In this document: positions 13,669-26,407 of the stretch, in pieces
Position numbering within the stretch: position 1 is the stretch's first letter
How the letters are laid out: each line of letters begins with the position of its first letter
NCBI GenBank assembly: GCA_051294905.1
Contig: CM119372.1
Span: 4,280,001-4,344,000, forward strand
Source: Botryllus schlosseri
Lineage: Eukaryota
Reading direction: 5' to 3'
Length of the DNA: 64,000 bases
Position numbers and translations under genes: made by a program
The notes under the pieces: model-generated
Seen by the model: the letters and a program-made list of their open reading frames with translations, nothing else
What the model was told of the DNA's origin: nothing
Databases searched by the model: none

Positions 13669-16213
13669 CCCTAGACAGTACAGGCTATCACTTCATTGAA
13701 ATGTACGGTTGGAAGTAGCAATATGACGTCATAACGTTCACGTTCGCGTTCACGCAGAACCTTTCAAAAGGTTCGAGTTCACACGAACCTGAACCTATCA
13801 GAGATTCACATCATCCCTACCCCATTCCCCGTTAAAGGGTTTGGGGTGCGGGTGTTGCGGTCCTGCTATGAATATTAGCATAAGGACGCACATTGTTGTT
13901 CAGTGCCTGTATGTGTGAAATCAATCGCAAATTTCAATGATGCAGGGTTCAGCGAGCTTTGAAATTTCCACTAGTGATATACAAAAAGAGGTCGTGTGTC
14001 GTGTGCGTCAAGTCATTTGGCGTGCCATAAAAAGTGAACTCGCATGTCACTTTTGGGTCACGTGCCAGAGGTTGCAGACCCCTGCAGAGCCCTGACTTAT
14101 ATGAATGCAATATATGCAAGTAACAATATTATTGACCAAATCCATTGATTAACTTGAAAATATATGCCAATTTATTTTCATAACGTCAATATTGATGTTG
14201 TTGGCGCGTAGTAAACCGATTGAAATAAGCATATTATCCTTGTGTAGGTGAATAGCACAGTGCGGGGGGGGGGGGGGGGGCGACACGACACCAATGGCTG
14301 CTGGTTCGAGTCTAGGCTCTGCCATGTTTCTACGAGTCGGAGGTTTATCTGGGCTCCTCATCGCGGATCCGATGCCGTTGCAAATACAGCGCCTTCTAAA
14401 GCCCAGAGGAAGAGAGAGCCGAACTCAAGAAAGTCGGCAGCAGAGACCTGGAAAAGTACGCAAGAAAGCGGCAAGACCTCAAAAGACGCGAACTTATGAA
14501 ATTACTGTGCGGGCGCAATTGTGTGAAAAAAACAACAAACAAACCAAGCACAGTGCGGGACTTGATCCTCTATGCGTGCCTGTGATGGAGGTTTATAAAA
14601 GTGGTGATGAAATACATGTAGAATCACGGTGTCTGAAAAATGATGTCCCTCCCCAAAGTTGACCACTCGTATTTTTGTGGAAGGAGGCTGTTACTGCCCC
14701 ACGTAAAACAAACACGTTGCAGTTCCCTTGAGCTCATCAAATATTCGGCCCCTTCCAGTGCCAACATGGTTCGCTTTCGACGATCATATAGTTTTGAGAC
14801 ACTGAACTTGGGGGCATTATAGATTTGAATTTAAAATGATGTTATATCTGACAGTTGGGTCGATAAAGAAGTTGATGAATAATTGATCATTCTTGAAGAG
14901 TATGTGCAATAAATAAGTTAGGCAAGCTGCAAATTTCTCAAGATGCAAATTTGTCAATGCAATCTACAATGTCTCCCTTTTTATTGAATCTTGATGATCC
15001 ACAGAAAGAGCTAAGCTGGTGTCTGTTATAGAGATTTCGCAGTATGTGTGAGCTGATATCCGGAAATTCAATCAATCAATCATCGGCGTACGTATTTTTC
15101 TCCGCACGAGGCAATTAACAATATACAAGGCGATACGCAAGAGACGATGAGATGCAATAGAGAGAGATAGTAAGATGTTGAAATGTATACAACATGGGTC
15201 TATCGCGCATGGACTAGGATTTTCAGTAACGCCATAAGAGCCGATCAATTTGACTAAAGAAGCAATTGCGAGTCGTTGAGAAATTTCCATACCACGAATA
15301 AATCCTAACCCGAAGGCATAAGCAATTAAGCACGTAACAGGAATCTTCAATTATAAATCAACCTACAAGGGGATACGGTAATTGTATTATAATTAGCTTA
15401 CGTGCGAATTGTAACGTTCTGCAAACTGCACTAGAACTTGACTGGCCTTGGAATCGATTAAATGCGGAATTTCAAGAGATACTGATGCTACTGGTACAAG
15501 CGTGCGTGAGGCTAATATGACAGTAATTCGTTCCTAAAAAGAACAAGGCTTTTCGCGCCAACATGGGATTACACACCGATTGCGACGACCAACAATACTG
15601 TGAAACTCTACTTACACTATTTACCGGCAATGACGGTCAGGTAGATATGGTAAATATGCACGTTAGTGGAAGATTAGGCTTATTTCGTAAACAAGACAGG
15701 TAGATGAGCTCTGCTTGACTTTGACTTCTGTTACGCCCATGTACTGACTTGTATTAATTGTGTATTAACAGAAGTCAAAGATGGGATATTCTCGTATATC
15801 CGTGTATCCTATTTAAAATATCACCTCGGGGCATTGCGGTGACGTTGTCGGGTACTTGGCCACCAGACAGAGATTATGTGGTGCATATACCAAAGTCATG
15901 AAGTTACAGTTAATTTGTATAGGATACAGTACTGGCAAAGTGTCATTGGTTTGGAGAAGTACAGTTGTATCAGAAAGTGGGTGATTAAAAGTTATCTTAC
16001 CGAGGAGTTCGTGAACAAACGTGCTGTAAATGTACATCGGTGCTACAATGTATATGATTGTTTCTGCAAACCGTACCAGTACTGTCTTTTGTTGACAGGG
16101 GAGCGTTTTAGTTGAGATAGAAGTTGAAATAGACTTCAATTTCTCGAGCTATGAACAGTTTGACCAATCACTATTGAGAACAACGTTCCGGCATACGAAA
16201 AGCTACTTTCAAT

Positions 16214-19200
16214 ATGCTCCTAAACCTTATCCAAAGTGTTGCGATCATGACTGTGTTCCATCTCGAGAATAGCGGACATGCCGTGTTAGGACAGGAGTCA
16301 AAGCTCCACGTCAACGCGCCCGAATACGTCAGCAGGGTAAAGCGTGATTTTCGTCAACCCGCACACGATACGGTACCTCCAGTCACTGTGAAAAATTTCC
16401 GGGCCGATGACAATACACTGGCAAGCAAGACAGTCACCCCAAGTGCGATGGATCCTGCGTATCGTGGCGACAAACTGGATATGGCAAATACGCCAGTTAT
16501 CAATGCAGACCTCCGATTACCAGGAAGCTCCACAAAGTCTACAGTATTTCGAAGCACTCTTCCTGATTTACGAAGCGCAACTAATACCTCACAATACGGT
16601 TTAAACGCCGCAGGCGCGCCCCAATTTATTAGCTTGAACCAGAAGTTTTTTGAAGATATAAAACCATTTCTAACAAGTCTGGGAGCGCGTGGTTCCGGAA
16701 AGCGCGATTACACACATAGTGGGAATGAAGAATCACCATCTACAATACCTCCCATGTTACAAAACGAAGCAAATGCAACAAAAAATGACTCTCAGGACAC
16801 GACAAGCTACGTAGCGAATGGGGCAGTTGTAACACCCTCCGATCTCAATATCACAGAACCGAACGATAATATCACTGTTACGCATTTCAGGTGAGTAAAT
16901 ACACGCTATGCCTGGTGACGGCATGCATTCGTCAGCATGAAACTCTATTTTTGCATTATTTTTGCTCGTGTGGCGTGTGGTGGCGTGACGACGTCTTTAT
17001 GATGATTAGTAGGGATGGTGTGAACGTGAGGTTCACGTTCGCGTTCTGTGTGTGAACCTCGGAAAATTTGAGGTTCGCGTTCACAACAGAACCTTGGTAG
17101 GTTCTGCACTGTGAACCTTTTTCATATATTGCAATTTTCACTTCATTATAAGATCTTTGGTTCAAATTTATTGACTTTCAACTGCGGGCCACTCTATGCA
17201 TGGAGCTGGCAGGATAAACATTCAACACTAAACGAGCATGCCCCTGACAATCTCAAAAATTTACTTGTATTGTTACAAAAGTTTGCTTGAAATATCCAGC
17301 ATTCCGTTTGTGCATATTTAGTGTCTCTGTGCTGTGAGCTTGACCCGCAATCACATGACATCAAGAGCGAAATACACTGTATTTTGTCAGCAAATGATCC
17401 TTATTCAACCAATCAATGAGAATGATATCGTCTTCTGATGTAAAAATCTAGCAGGCGTACGGGGTCGATCTTGACTACATATGCATACCGTATCATAAAA
17501 ACCAAATCCGTGCGACTGGGGTGTTGGCTATACTGCTGTATGACTTGTTAATCGGTAGCAAGTATAAAAACCCATTTTACACTCCGCTCAATATCCATGT
17601 GGCAATACTCAGACGCCGAACACATTGTCCGATCAGGTCGAAATTGTTGGCAAAGCGACGCAAGATACTGATTTTATGGGATTATTGTATCATTTGATTG
17701 CCCCAGTTGATACATTTGGCGACGTTTCAAACGTCAATATGTACTTAAGTACTGAGCTATTATGTGGCCCCGAGTCGTCGCTCGGTATCGTGTACAGTAG
17801 ATTAATATAGGCAATCACCTAATTGAAATATGGGGTTGAAATTACCAATATGACGTCACGTGACGTCATGAGGTTCACGTTCGTGTTCACACAGAACCTT
17901 TCAAAAAGGTTCACGTTCACACGAACCTGAACCTTTCAGAGGTTCACACCATCCCTAATGATTAGCCTGCCTTGTTATTTTAATCGTTAATGATGCGGAA
18001 ACATAGATTGTGGCGTCACCATTTTGTAATCGAAAGAAACATAGCATTGCAGTCCCGATTATTTTGGCTCTGTATTTGAAATATTGAATTCAGTGACTGG
18101 ATTATCGAATTTTGCAGAACTGGGTCGCGGTTTTGTAGATAAAGCACGGAATTAGTTGCATGTAATTCTTGCAGTCACATTTCGCTGGATTGGATAAGAG
18201 CACTGCTTTTCAACCTAGTTGGTGGTACGCACTTGTGCGGATGAAAAAAATGCGGTGCGGATGACAAACGTCGTGCGGATGAAGTGTGCATATTTTTTAC
18301 TCTTTCTTACGTGGAATAATCCGAACACACTTAATAGGATGTTAAACTGTAAAACTTGTTGGACATACGGCGCATCGTCAATCGTAGCTTTTACAATAAT
18401 TTGGGTCGCACCAGCCTGATCGAATAATTATTATTATTCTAATTGGTCTCAACACAGTGGAGCTTATCGTCTTTTTAGGCCTCGTGCTCCACGACACGAT
18501 TTTCACAATGTTCGAGGGTCTTCGCTTTTTGTATTCTCGTGGACGCCTTTCAATCTCTCTCGCAGTCATTCTTCAGTTGTTATTACTCCCACGCGTCACG
18601 ATGGCGGACGTTGCTGCCGACTTGTAGCTCGGCCCATTTTACGTCTAGTGACTAAATTTTACATCAAAACGAGTAAAAATATTTTCTTCTTTATGAGATA
18701 TACTTGATGACCTTAAATGCAGCGAGATCAAGAAGTTGTGCCTACTGGTCTGAAATGACCCGAAATATTCACTATCAAACGATTCCTTGATAATTGTTAG
18801 ACTCTGACTAAAAATTGTTAACTCACTTCGTTTTTTTGTGTAATAGTTTCGAAGGATTTGTGCGGATGACATTTTTGCAAAATCAAAAATGAGAATGGTT
18901 CTCAAAACGGTTGAAAAACACTGGGTGAGAGCATGATTGGAATTTCAGAACCCAATTCGCCTGTCTTCGATATATTCGTTACACCTTCCTGTCAATTCAT
19001 TCGCCGAAGCAGAACATAAGTACGGCAGTTCAAGGTGCATTATTACTAGTGAAAAGCCCGATGAAACTAACATAGACGGGGATAGACGTCTCTTTTTTCT
19101 GTCTGGTCTGGGCAATTTTTATTTCGGATCACGCCTCGCATCACCCTTCGGATCATCCAGGGATGATCCTCGTAAAGTACTATCCTCCACCCCACCTCCA

Positions 19201-22200
19201 GCCAAGAGGTAAGTTAGGAAGTGCAAAACATTCAACCAAAACATGAGAACAGCAATTCAAGTTTCATTAGTACGAGTGGTGAAGAGTCCGATGGAACAAA
19301 CGTAGACTTTGAGAGACGCCTCCTTTTTCTGTCTGGTCGGGGCGTATCGAAAATCGGATTATCCAGGGATAATCCGAGCACCCCGCCTCCAACCGACAGG
19401 TAAGTTATAGGAAGTGCAAAACGTTAAAGTTGAGTTTTGGAACAAATATGTTCATTTCATTGTGCACAATGCGATGCAGTGGTTCTCAACCTTTTTGTCT
19501 TCGCGGACCCTTTTTGGACCGTCACGGACCCCGCGGACCCTCTCCAGTTTCTGTTAAAAATTAGCTCAATTATCGTGCAATCGTCATCTGTCTTGTGCAA
19601 ATATTAATTGTAGGCTATAGTGATGAACAGCCCCAAAATGACTTTTCTCGAAAACAACATCACAATAAATTTAGAAATTGGGTAGACTTTTATTATTTCG
19701 AATCGAATTTTGCAGCTGTATTTATTGTCTTAAAAATCGATTCCTTCGATTTGATATGAACAAGGGCCGAAAATCCATTTGTACAAAGATAGGTGGTGGC
19801 GAATGTAATAATAATGCGTAACGCTTCCGACGACAACTTGTGGTGTGAGCTTTTAATAATAAACGTATCACGTACAAGTAACACCTAGTAATTTCTATCT
19901 AGCATCACATCTTGAAGTTATTTAGTGGTTATATTACAGAAGAATGTGGATTTCGTGGCGAGGTTTCAATTCCTTCATTGGGCCAGATTAGGAAAAAAAT
20001 CATGAAGTTCTATTCCAAACGACTGCTTACATATTTGCTGAAAATGGGAACTCCAAATCCAAAATGTTTTGCAAACATTTCGCAGTTACCCTGTATGACC
20101 TTGCTATCTCCAACGTTTCATTTTTCCGCAAACCGTATCAGAACACCTATAAACAGCAGTATGTTTGCATCGGCAGGCTATAGGGAATTTGACAATTAAA
20201 ATGAGTTTGTACACTACAGTCGGGTATTTCATCTCAGATCCGAAAGTTTCAGCAATTATGAAGCGACACTGTCTCATGCTTACCTTAATTAAAAAAAATA
20301 CAAATAAGGTTATCAATCATTTTACAAATCTAGAGGTTTCGCAGACCCCTTGAAAATGCTTCGCGGACCCCTAGGGTTGAGAACCACTGGTGTAATGGGA
20401 TGAAATATTTATGTAACAGACAACAAGAAACCTCCGCCGAGGTGAAAAGAGGAGTGAGTCAGAGCAATCGACCCGATCAGGTATCAGCACAGATGTTGAT
20501 AGATCCGCATTTGCCCCATTGTACCACGATTTTCATTCCAGAACACGCTAGAAGAAACCCCCATCGATGAAAATAGAGGTGTACTTGTGCATGGAAAGCG
20601 ACCTGATCAGGTATCACCGCGGATGTCGATAGAGTCTCATTTCCCCCATTACACGATGATTTTAATTCCAGGCTGGCGACAGCAAGTGGACTACAAACGG
20701 TAAATTGTTACAAAAGTAGTGGCGTATATGGTAATAGGTGGCCGCGACTGTGCGTACGTGTGTTTAGTGTTCACTAGTCTACTTGTCTCATACTAGAGCG
20801 AAATGCCGATAATCTAATTTAAATCTAATTAGTGAACTACACGCCTCGTATATGTGCTGCGATGTGCCCAATGGGGTTTACGGCCTTACCCGGTGGAAAA
20901 CAGCATCGAAACTATGATTTTCGTTGATAAATTAATTCATGGCAAGGACCGTTTAATTTCATACTCGAATAAATCATCTCTAATTACTAGACTCGGATCA
21001 GTAGAATTAATGCTCGATTCAGCCAAGCTTAAGAGTAGAAACTTTTGGATTCATTCATCAAACTGGAAAAATTTTAAATTATAGTGCTTGACCCATGAAA
21101 TTGTCGCGTTGTCGACGAAAACGATGCATACCAAATTTGGCTCAAATCCAACCCATTGAAGTTGTTGGAGCAGCAAAGCTAAATGATTCGATACTATTTT
21201 TTGCAAATGCGAAATTTTATTCTAATTTTCTTTAGAAATTGCTGACAACGTGACAATTTCATGGGGTAGCCATTCAAATTTGAAATACAAAACAATAATT
21301 TTTTAAAAACAAATCCAAATTTCAGTCAAAACAAAGAAGTTTATGTAGGGTTACCACTTACCATACCTCATCCTTTAGGAGGATTTGTCCTCTTTTTTCG
21401 GGAAATTGAAAATGTCCTCCGCGGACGCCTAGACGTGCTCCTTTTTGGCAATTCGCCCTCCTTTACAGCTGGGATTATGGTGGACAGGTTCAACTGAAAA
21501 TCGGCATAAATGACGTTTAATAGGTAATTTATTTGAGTAAACACCACAAAATGAAAGTTAAAAAGTGGGTAAAACGAGAGTCGAGCAAAAGTGATGATCT
21601 TTTCGTAGTGAACACAACAAAATTTCCAGTAAATATTGCAAAATCGGCAGTTTTAAATTTCGATCAACCAACTTCTATGATATGGTACAAGTCTCGTCCC
21701 TTCCCGATTCCAAAATTTGGTAACCCTATGGCCTACAGTCATGGAGATGCACGATGTACATGTCAATAAAATTCTGATTGCTTTTGTACTCGTGGTGAAG
21801 GATTTAGATCAGTGGTTCTCAAACTGAGGGCGTGAAAGCATCTAAAGGGGGTCGCGAAGCTGAGGTCAACTGAAAAAATATTTCGCGCTCCGCGCGATTT
21901 ACCTTTATATCGTTGTTGTTGCTCTGTGTATAATCTGAATTTCGTATTTAACAACTCTCTCATCAACAGTCATAGCGTTCCATGCCATCAACCTGCCCGT
22001 TTTGATTGCGAGCATTCTGGCTGCATTTTGTGATATGATAATAAGGGGGGCGCAAAAGTTTTCACTATCATAAAGGGGGGGGGGGGGGCGTGTCTCGAGA
22101 AGTTTGAGAACCACTGATTTAGAAGAAGACAGCCATAACTCGTCTAATTTTGTGGAAATAACGTTTTCGTAAATAAATGAGCTGTTCTTATGCGGAACAA

Positions 22201-25200
22201 TCGCTTGATTCACTGCATCCAAATCGACTAACTACCCATTTCAAGTTGTGCGCAACATATCCTGAGAAGTAATATTGTATTGCAAGTTGAAGTCCAGACA
22301 GCGGAGTAATTTGTGAGTCAAATCAAAGTCATTCTCCGACCTCAGATTAAGAAGTCTATTGCTTCGATACATAGCAGCACAATTACGACATGCCAATTGC
22401 CCAACTCTTCGCCAATGTCACGATTTTGCTTCCATTATAATGGTCGCACGTGCTTATTTATCAGCTATGAAGCAGTTAGAGCGCTTTCAAGTCTCATATG
22501 CTAGAATGCACGCCTCATTTTAGAGAATTATGCACCTTTTCTGCAAAATTACAAAAAGATTCGCGGCACACCTTGGAATCTGTGGCGGCACACAGTTTAG
22601 GAATCACTTATTAGCCAGTATTATTTGTAAAAAGTTCTTGTCGAACAACCCTACTGTATGTACCTTTTTAAACATTTAGGCCTCGGCGATGGACAAGATA
22701 TTGTTCCGGCGTTACGCAGATGCGGCGTATTCCCTGCGTGTGCGCTGTCAGTCGATCCCCTGGACCACACGGACGTTGCAGAACAGGAAACCTTCTTCCC
22801 GTCCTCGCGACTCTTCGGAAAATACCACACGCGAGTCACTTGCGACTCGAAATCGGTCAGCGTGCTGTTGTCGATCACCATCATTCTATCAGTTGTCATA
22901 ATCGCCAGCAATATTCTCATCATTATCGTCACACTGCGAGCTAAGAACCTCCGGAAACCGCACGGATACTTCAAAATCTCGCTTGCATTGGCAGGTCCGT
23001 TCCGTAAGACTTACAACATGGCGCCTCATTTGTATACAAGTCTGTAATGATTTATGCAGACCTTGTTAATGGCGCGTTCGTGTTGCCAAACGTTGGATCA
23101 AACCTCACACAAGACATCTACTTCGACGGCAGAGACATCATGCAGCTCAATCAAATCCGCAGAAGGGAGCCGGATCACTCGGAAGCGTCGTTTTTCGGCA
23201 TATGCGCCGTTGTGTCACAAGTCGTTACCGTGTACAGGTAAGTCGCTGTTTCGTCACGCAAATCCTATCTATGGTGATCGGGATAATCAGGCTAAACACT
23301 GTCTGCAGCGTGCTTCTGCTGAGTTTGGACAGCTTTTTATCGGTGCGGTGGCCGATGAAATACCGCGTCGGAGACTTGATGACGCCCAGAAGAGCGACGA
23401 TCCTTGTGATATTTGTTTGGTTGTTCGCGGTGGCTGTGTCGTCTCTGCCACTGGCAGCACATCAGTACGTTACGTACGGACTCAGCTATACCACTTTCTC
23501 TTATTTTCCAGTAGTGGCACCTCTGTCGCAGGTATGTAAATATATGGGGAATTTACCCACACATTATGTACCACCGTATCGGACAGCAATTGATTTCATG
23601 ATGTGTCTTGTTTGTACGATATAGTCTACCTTTACTCTGCAACACTATTGCTACGTTTCTAGAGTTATAGTTATATATAGTAATATAGCCAGCTATGATG
23701 TGAGACCTTTACTCCAGTGCAGTGGTTCTCAAACTTATTTGGATAAGTCCCTCTTGAAGATAGTGAAAAATTTCACGCCCACCTTATCAAAAGAAATATT
23801 AAAAATAGCAACCAAATTGCTTGCAATCCCAACGCATAGTTTGAGAGCATAGAACAGTGGTTCTCAAACTGGGAGGCATTCACCCCTTGGGGACGTGGAA
23901 GCATGTGAAGGGGGTGCGAAGCTGCGGTCAAATGAATTTTTTGACCTTCAATTCAAAGTTATCGCTCGGCGTGTATAGTCCGAATTTCAAAATTGAGAAT
24001 TATCTCATCTTGTCATAACCTTCCATGCTATCAAACTATCCGTTGGGATTGCGAGCATTCTGGTTTCATTTTGTGACATGGCGAGAAGGGGCGCGCGAAA
24101 TTTTTCACTATCATAACGGGGAGCGTGCCTAAAAACGTTTGAGAACCGCTGGCATCGTAGGTTATGACTGTTGAGAGACTTCTCGAATATGAAATTCGGA
24201 CTATACACGGAGCAATAATTATGATCTGGATGTACGACTCAATTATGACAGATAAAATCATAATATAATCAGGACTATTGCCTTTGGAAAAACTTTCAGC
24301 TCAAATTAAGCGCATTCCAAGTTCAAAAAACATCATTTCTATCAGGCGGCTTCGCGCCTCCTCAGATGCTTTCACCCCCCCACTTTGAGAACCACTGCTC
24401 CAGGTGGTATAACTCTTCATTTGCCATCCGTCATGACTTATAGATAGCGATACTTGAATGAAAAGATGCATGTTACCATTGTTACGATCGAGTTCGCAAA
24501 GAGACCTCTCGATGCGGCAGCGAATAATTTATAACATATATTATATATATACTTACCAATATTTTGTTCATCTCTACAGTATATGACCGACGAGCAAGCT
24601 TTCTCTGCAAGGTAGGAGCCTGATTTTTCTAAACAGCAAAGAGTCATCAAATTTCAAATTTTAATCTATTTTCAGATACATTCATGTCATCTGCTACGCA
24701 ATTTTCGTGTGGGGAATACCCTTCGTTACAACATGGACCTTGACGATGCTGACTGCTTTTTACAGTCGAGGGATGCTTCGATCCATGGACGCCGCTCGTA
24801 AGAAAGCGTCCAACTTGACAAAAACAATAGGACGCCTGGAAAGAGATATCATGCGCACCGTCACTGTCGTTTTGACTCTACTTACAGCGACTGTGATGCC
24901 TATGTTGATTGCGATGCTAACTATACTCGTAACCACCGACGACAATGCTTTATGCATGGAACAGTATGTGTCGAATATTCTGTTTTCGGGATATTATATA
25001 CTAGCATGCGGAAGCTTCGTGAACGTGATAGTATACAACGCTTGCCACAAGGAATTTCGAAGGTCAAGTTTCGATTTTCTATGCGACGTGATCACTCTCA
25101 TATGCGGCGGTTGTTGTCCGAAATACTGTGACATGGAGCCGGTGAAATCAAATCGGTACAGGCGCCAGAACGCAAGCGCCAGAGCCACAACAAGAACGAC

Positions 25201-25576
25201 TCTAGACAACAGAAGAACGAGGCATAGCAGCCATATCAGCACTGTTATGAGTCATGGACTCCGTCATAACACCATGCAAACTTCGATTAAAGGCACCGTC
25301 TCAACTAGCTCCAGCGTGTACACACCGAGCGGCATGCACAGGAATCGTCATCTATCCAGCAAGTATTACGCGGATCACACGGCGGCAGAGAGAACATTCT
25401 CGAACGTGTCAGCTTTTCAATTTACCCGCGACAAATGCCTGAGCTCAAGCAGCACTAGATCTCCGCAAACATACCGCAAGCTAGCTCGGAACCGTTCTTC
25501 CAGTTTATCAGACGTATTTCTGCCTTCTCCGGATCCGGCACCGATTGAGGAGTCGCAGGAAAATACTCACGTCTGA
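16214..25576 (+). CDS. Class A (rhodopsin-like) orphan GPCR, copy 1, with long ectodomain, ~923 aa. Predicted exons: 16214-16890, 19050-19208, 19271-19399, 20420-20480, 20542-20610, 20672-20699, 22680-22994, 23060-23237, 23309-23531, 24580-24611, 24676-25576
   Basis: All introns are GT-AG with matching phases; exon sum is 2772 nt with one terminal stop. Motifs: TM1 IIASNILIIIV, ICL1 LRKP, TM2 SLALADLVNG, TM3 end LLSLDSFLSVRWPMKY, TM4 FVWL, TM5 VWGIPF, TM6 ATVMPML, TM7 FVNVIVY, helix 8 KEFRR. Small exons 2-6 are less certain than the 7TM exons. Confidence 0.88.
17010..17957. mobile_element. hAT MITE, TAGGGATGGTGTGAAC family, in GPCR1 intron 1
   Basis: TIR plus perfect 8-bp TSD ATGATTAG. Confidence 0.92.
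19477..20389 (-). mobile_element. Charlie/Buster-type hAT deletion derivative
   Basis: TIR CAGTGGTTCTCAACC; minus-strand remnant FATTYLCTNGFSALVHIKSK. Confidence 0.82.
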
Positions 25577-26117
25577 AAGATATATAGGCTGTGCTTCCGT
25601 ATAACCGTTCAATTTTGTTGTGAGCAAAGTTGTAAAAATTACTTGCTATTTCTTCAATTTTGGTTGTCCGACACTATATTTATTAAGGCAAATTGTTGGC
25701 GTGTATCAAAAAAGCATTCATCTGTATTTAATCAAGTTCTAGTAAGTTGTGGCCTCCGCTTCGAGCAGGTAAACAGATCACTCTTTTATCCGCTAACGAT
25801 ACTACAGGTTAGTCATATATCATTACCCGTCGCCGCTTGGATGACGGGAATGTCAAGCAGTTGGAGACAAATTCAGCGGGAAAATGCGCTATCCAATTCC
25901 TACGTGAGACACAAAACCGATACTATCGGTTCTGTACTGGTGTTTTGACTCGAACCCAAGTCATTATGTTCACTTTTCAGTTTCAGTTCAATCCGGTTTA
26001 ACCCACTTTTCTCAACTCTGCTCACGTGATATGGAATGGCTTGCATTCATAACATAGTAATTTTCCACAGTTTTGACTGTTACTGGGCCTTTGTTCCAAG
26101 TATCAGGACTGATAGAC

Positions 26118-26407
26118 TAGGCTTACCATATTTTGGAAATCTAAAAAGAGGACACTTTTTTTAAAAAAAGGTCATCTTTTCGCTCAGAGCTAAAATCACC
26201 GTTTTTCACTCCGAAATACCCGCCGGAGCGTCACTTCTGTGCTAATTTGCGGCATATCACTCGCAATTTGCTCTAAATCTGACCTAAATTTTCAAAAAAG
26301 AGGACAAAATCTCAAAAAAGAGGACAAATGGGCGTTCTCCGAGGACGCTTTCAAAAAAGTCAAAAAAGAGGACAAATCCTCTTAAAAGAGGACGTTGGAT
26401 GAGCCTA
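26118..26407. mobile_element. MITE, TAGG(C/G)TT(A/G)CCAT...AAGAGGAC family
   Basis: Near-identical to 34891-35282 and 42459-42890; TSD TGATAGAC/TCATAGAC. Confidence 0.82.

Larger units (their letters stand above)
9431..13819. mobile_element. hAT MITE (TAGGGATGGTGTGAAC family) expanded by several nested insertions
   Basis: TSD CCCCATTC at 9423-9430 and 13820-13827; both halves match the intact copy at 17010-17957. Confidence 0.85.

Noticed and set aside
16214..16894. Standalone secreted protein gene
   Set aside because: The ORF ends at a consensus donor (CAG|GTGAGT) and splices in phase towards the 7TM exons; the same holds in copy 2. cDNA is still needed to confirm.
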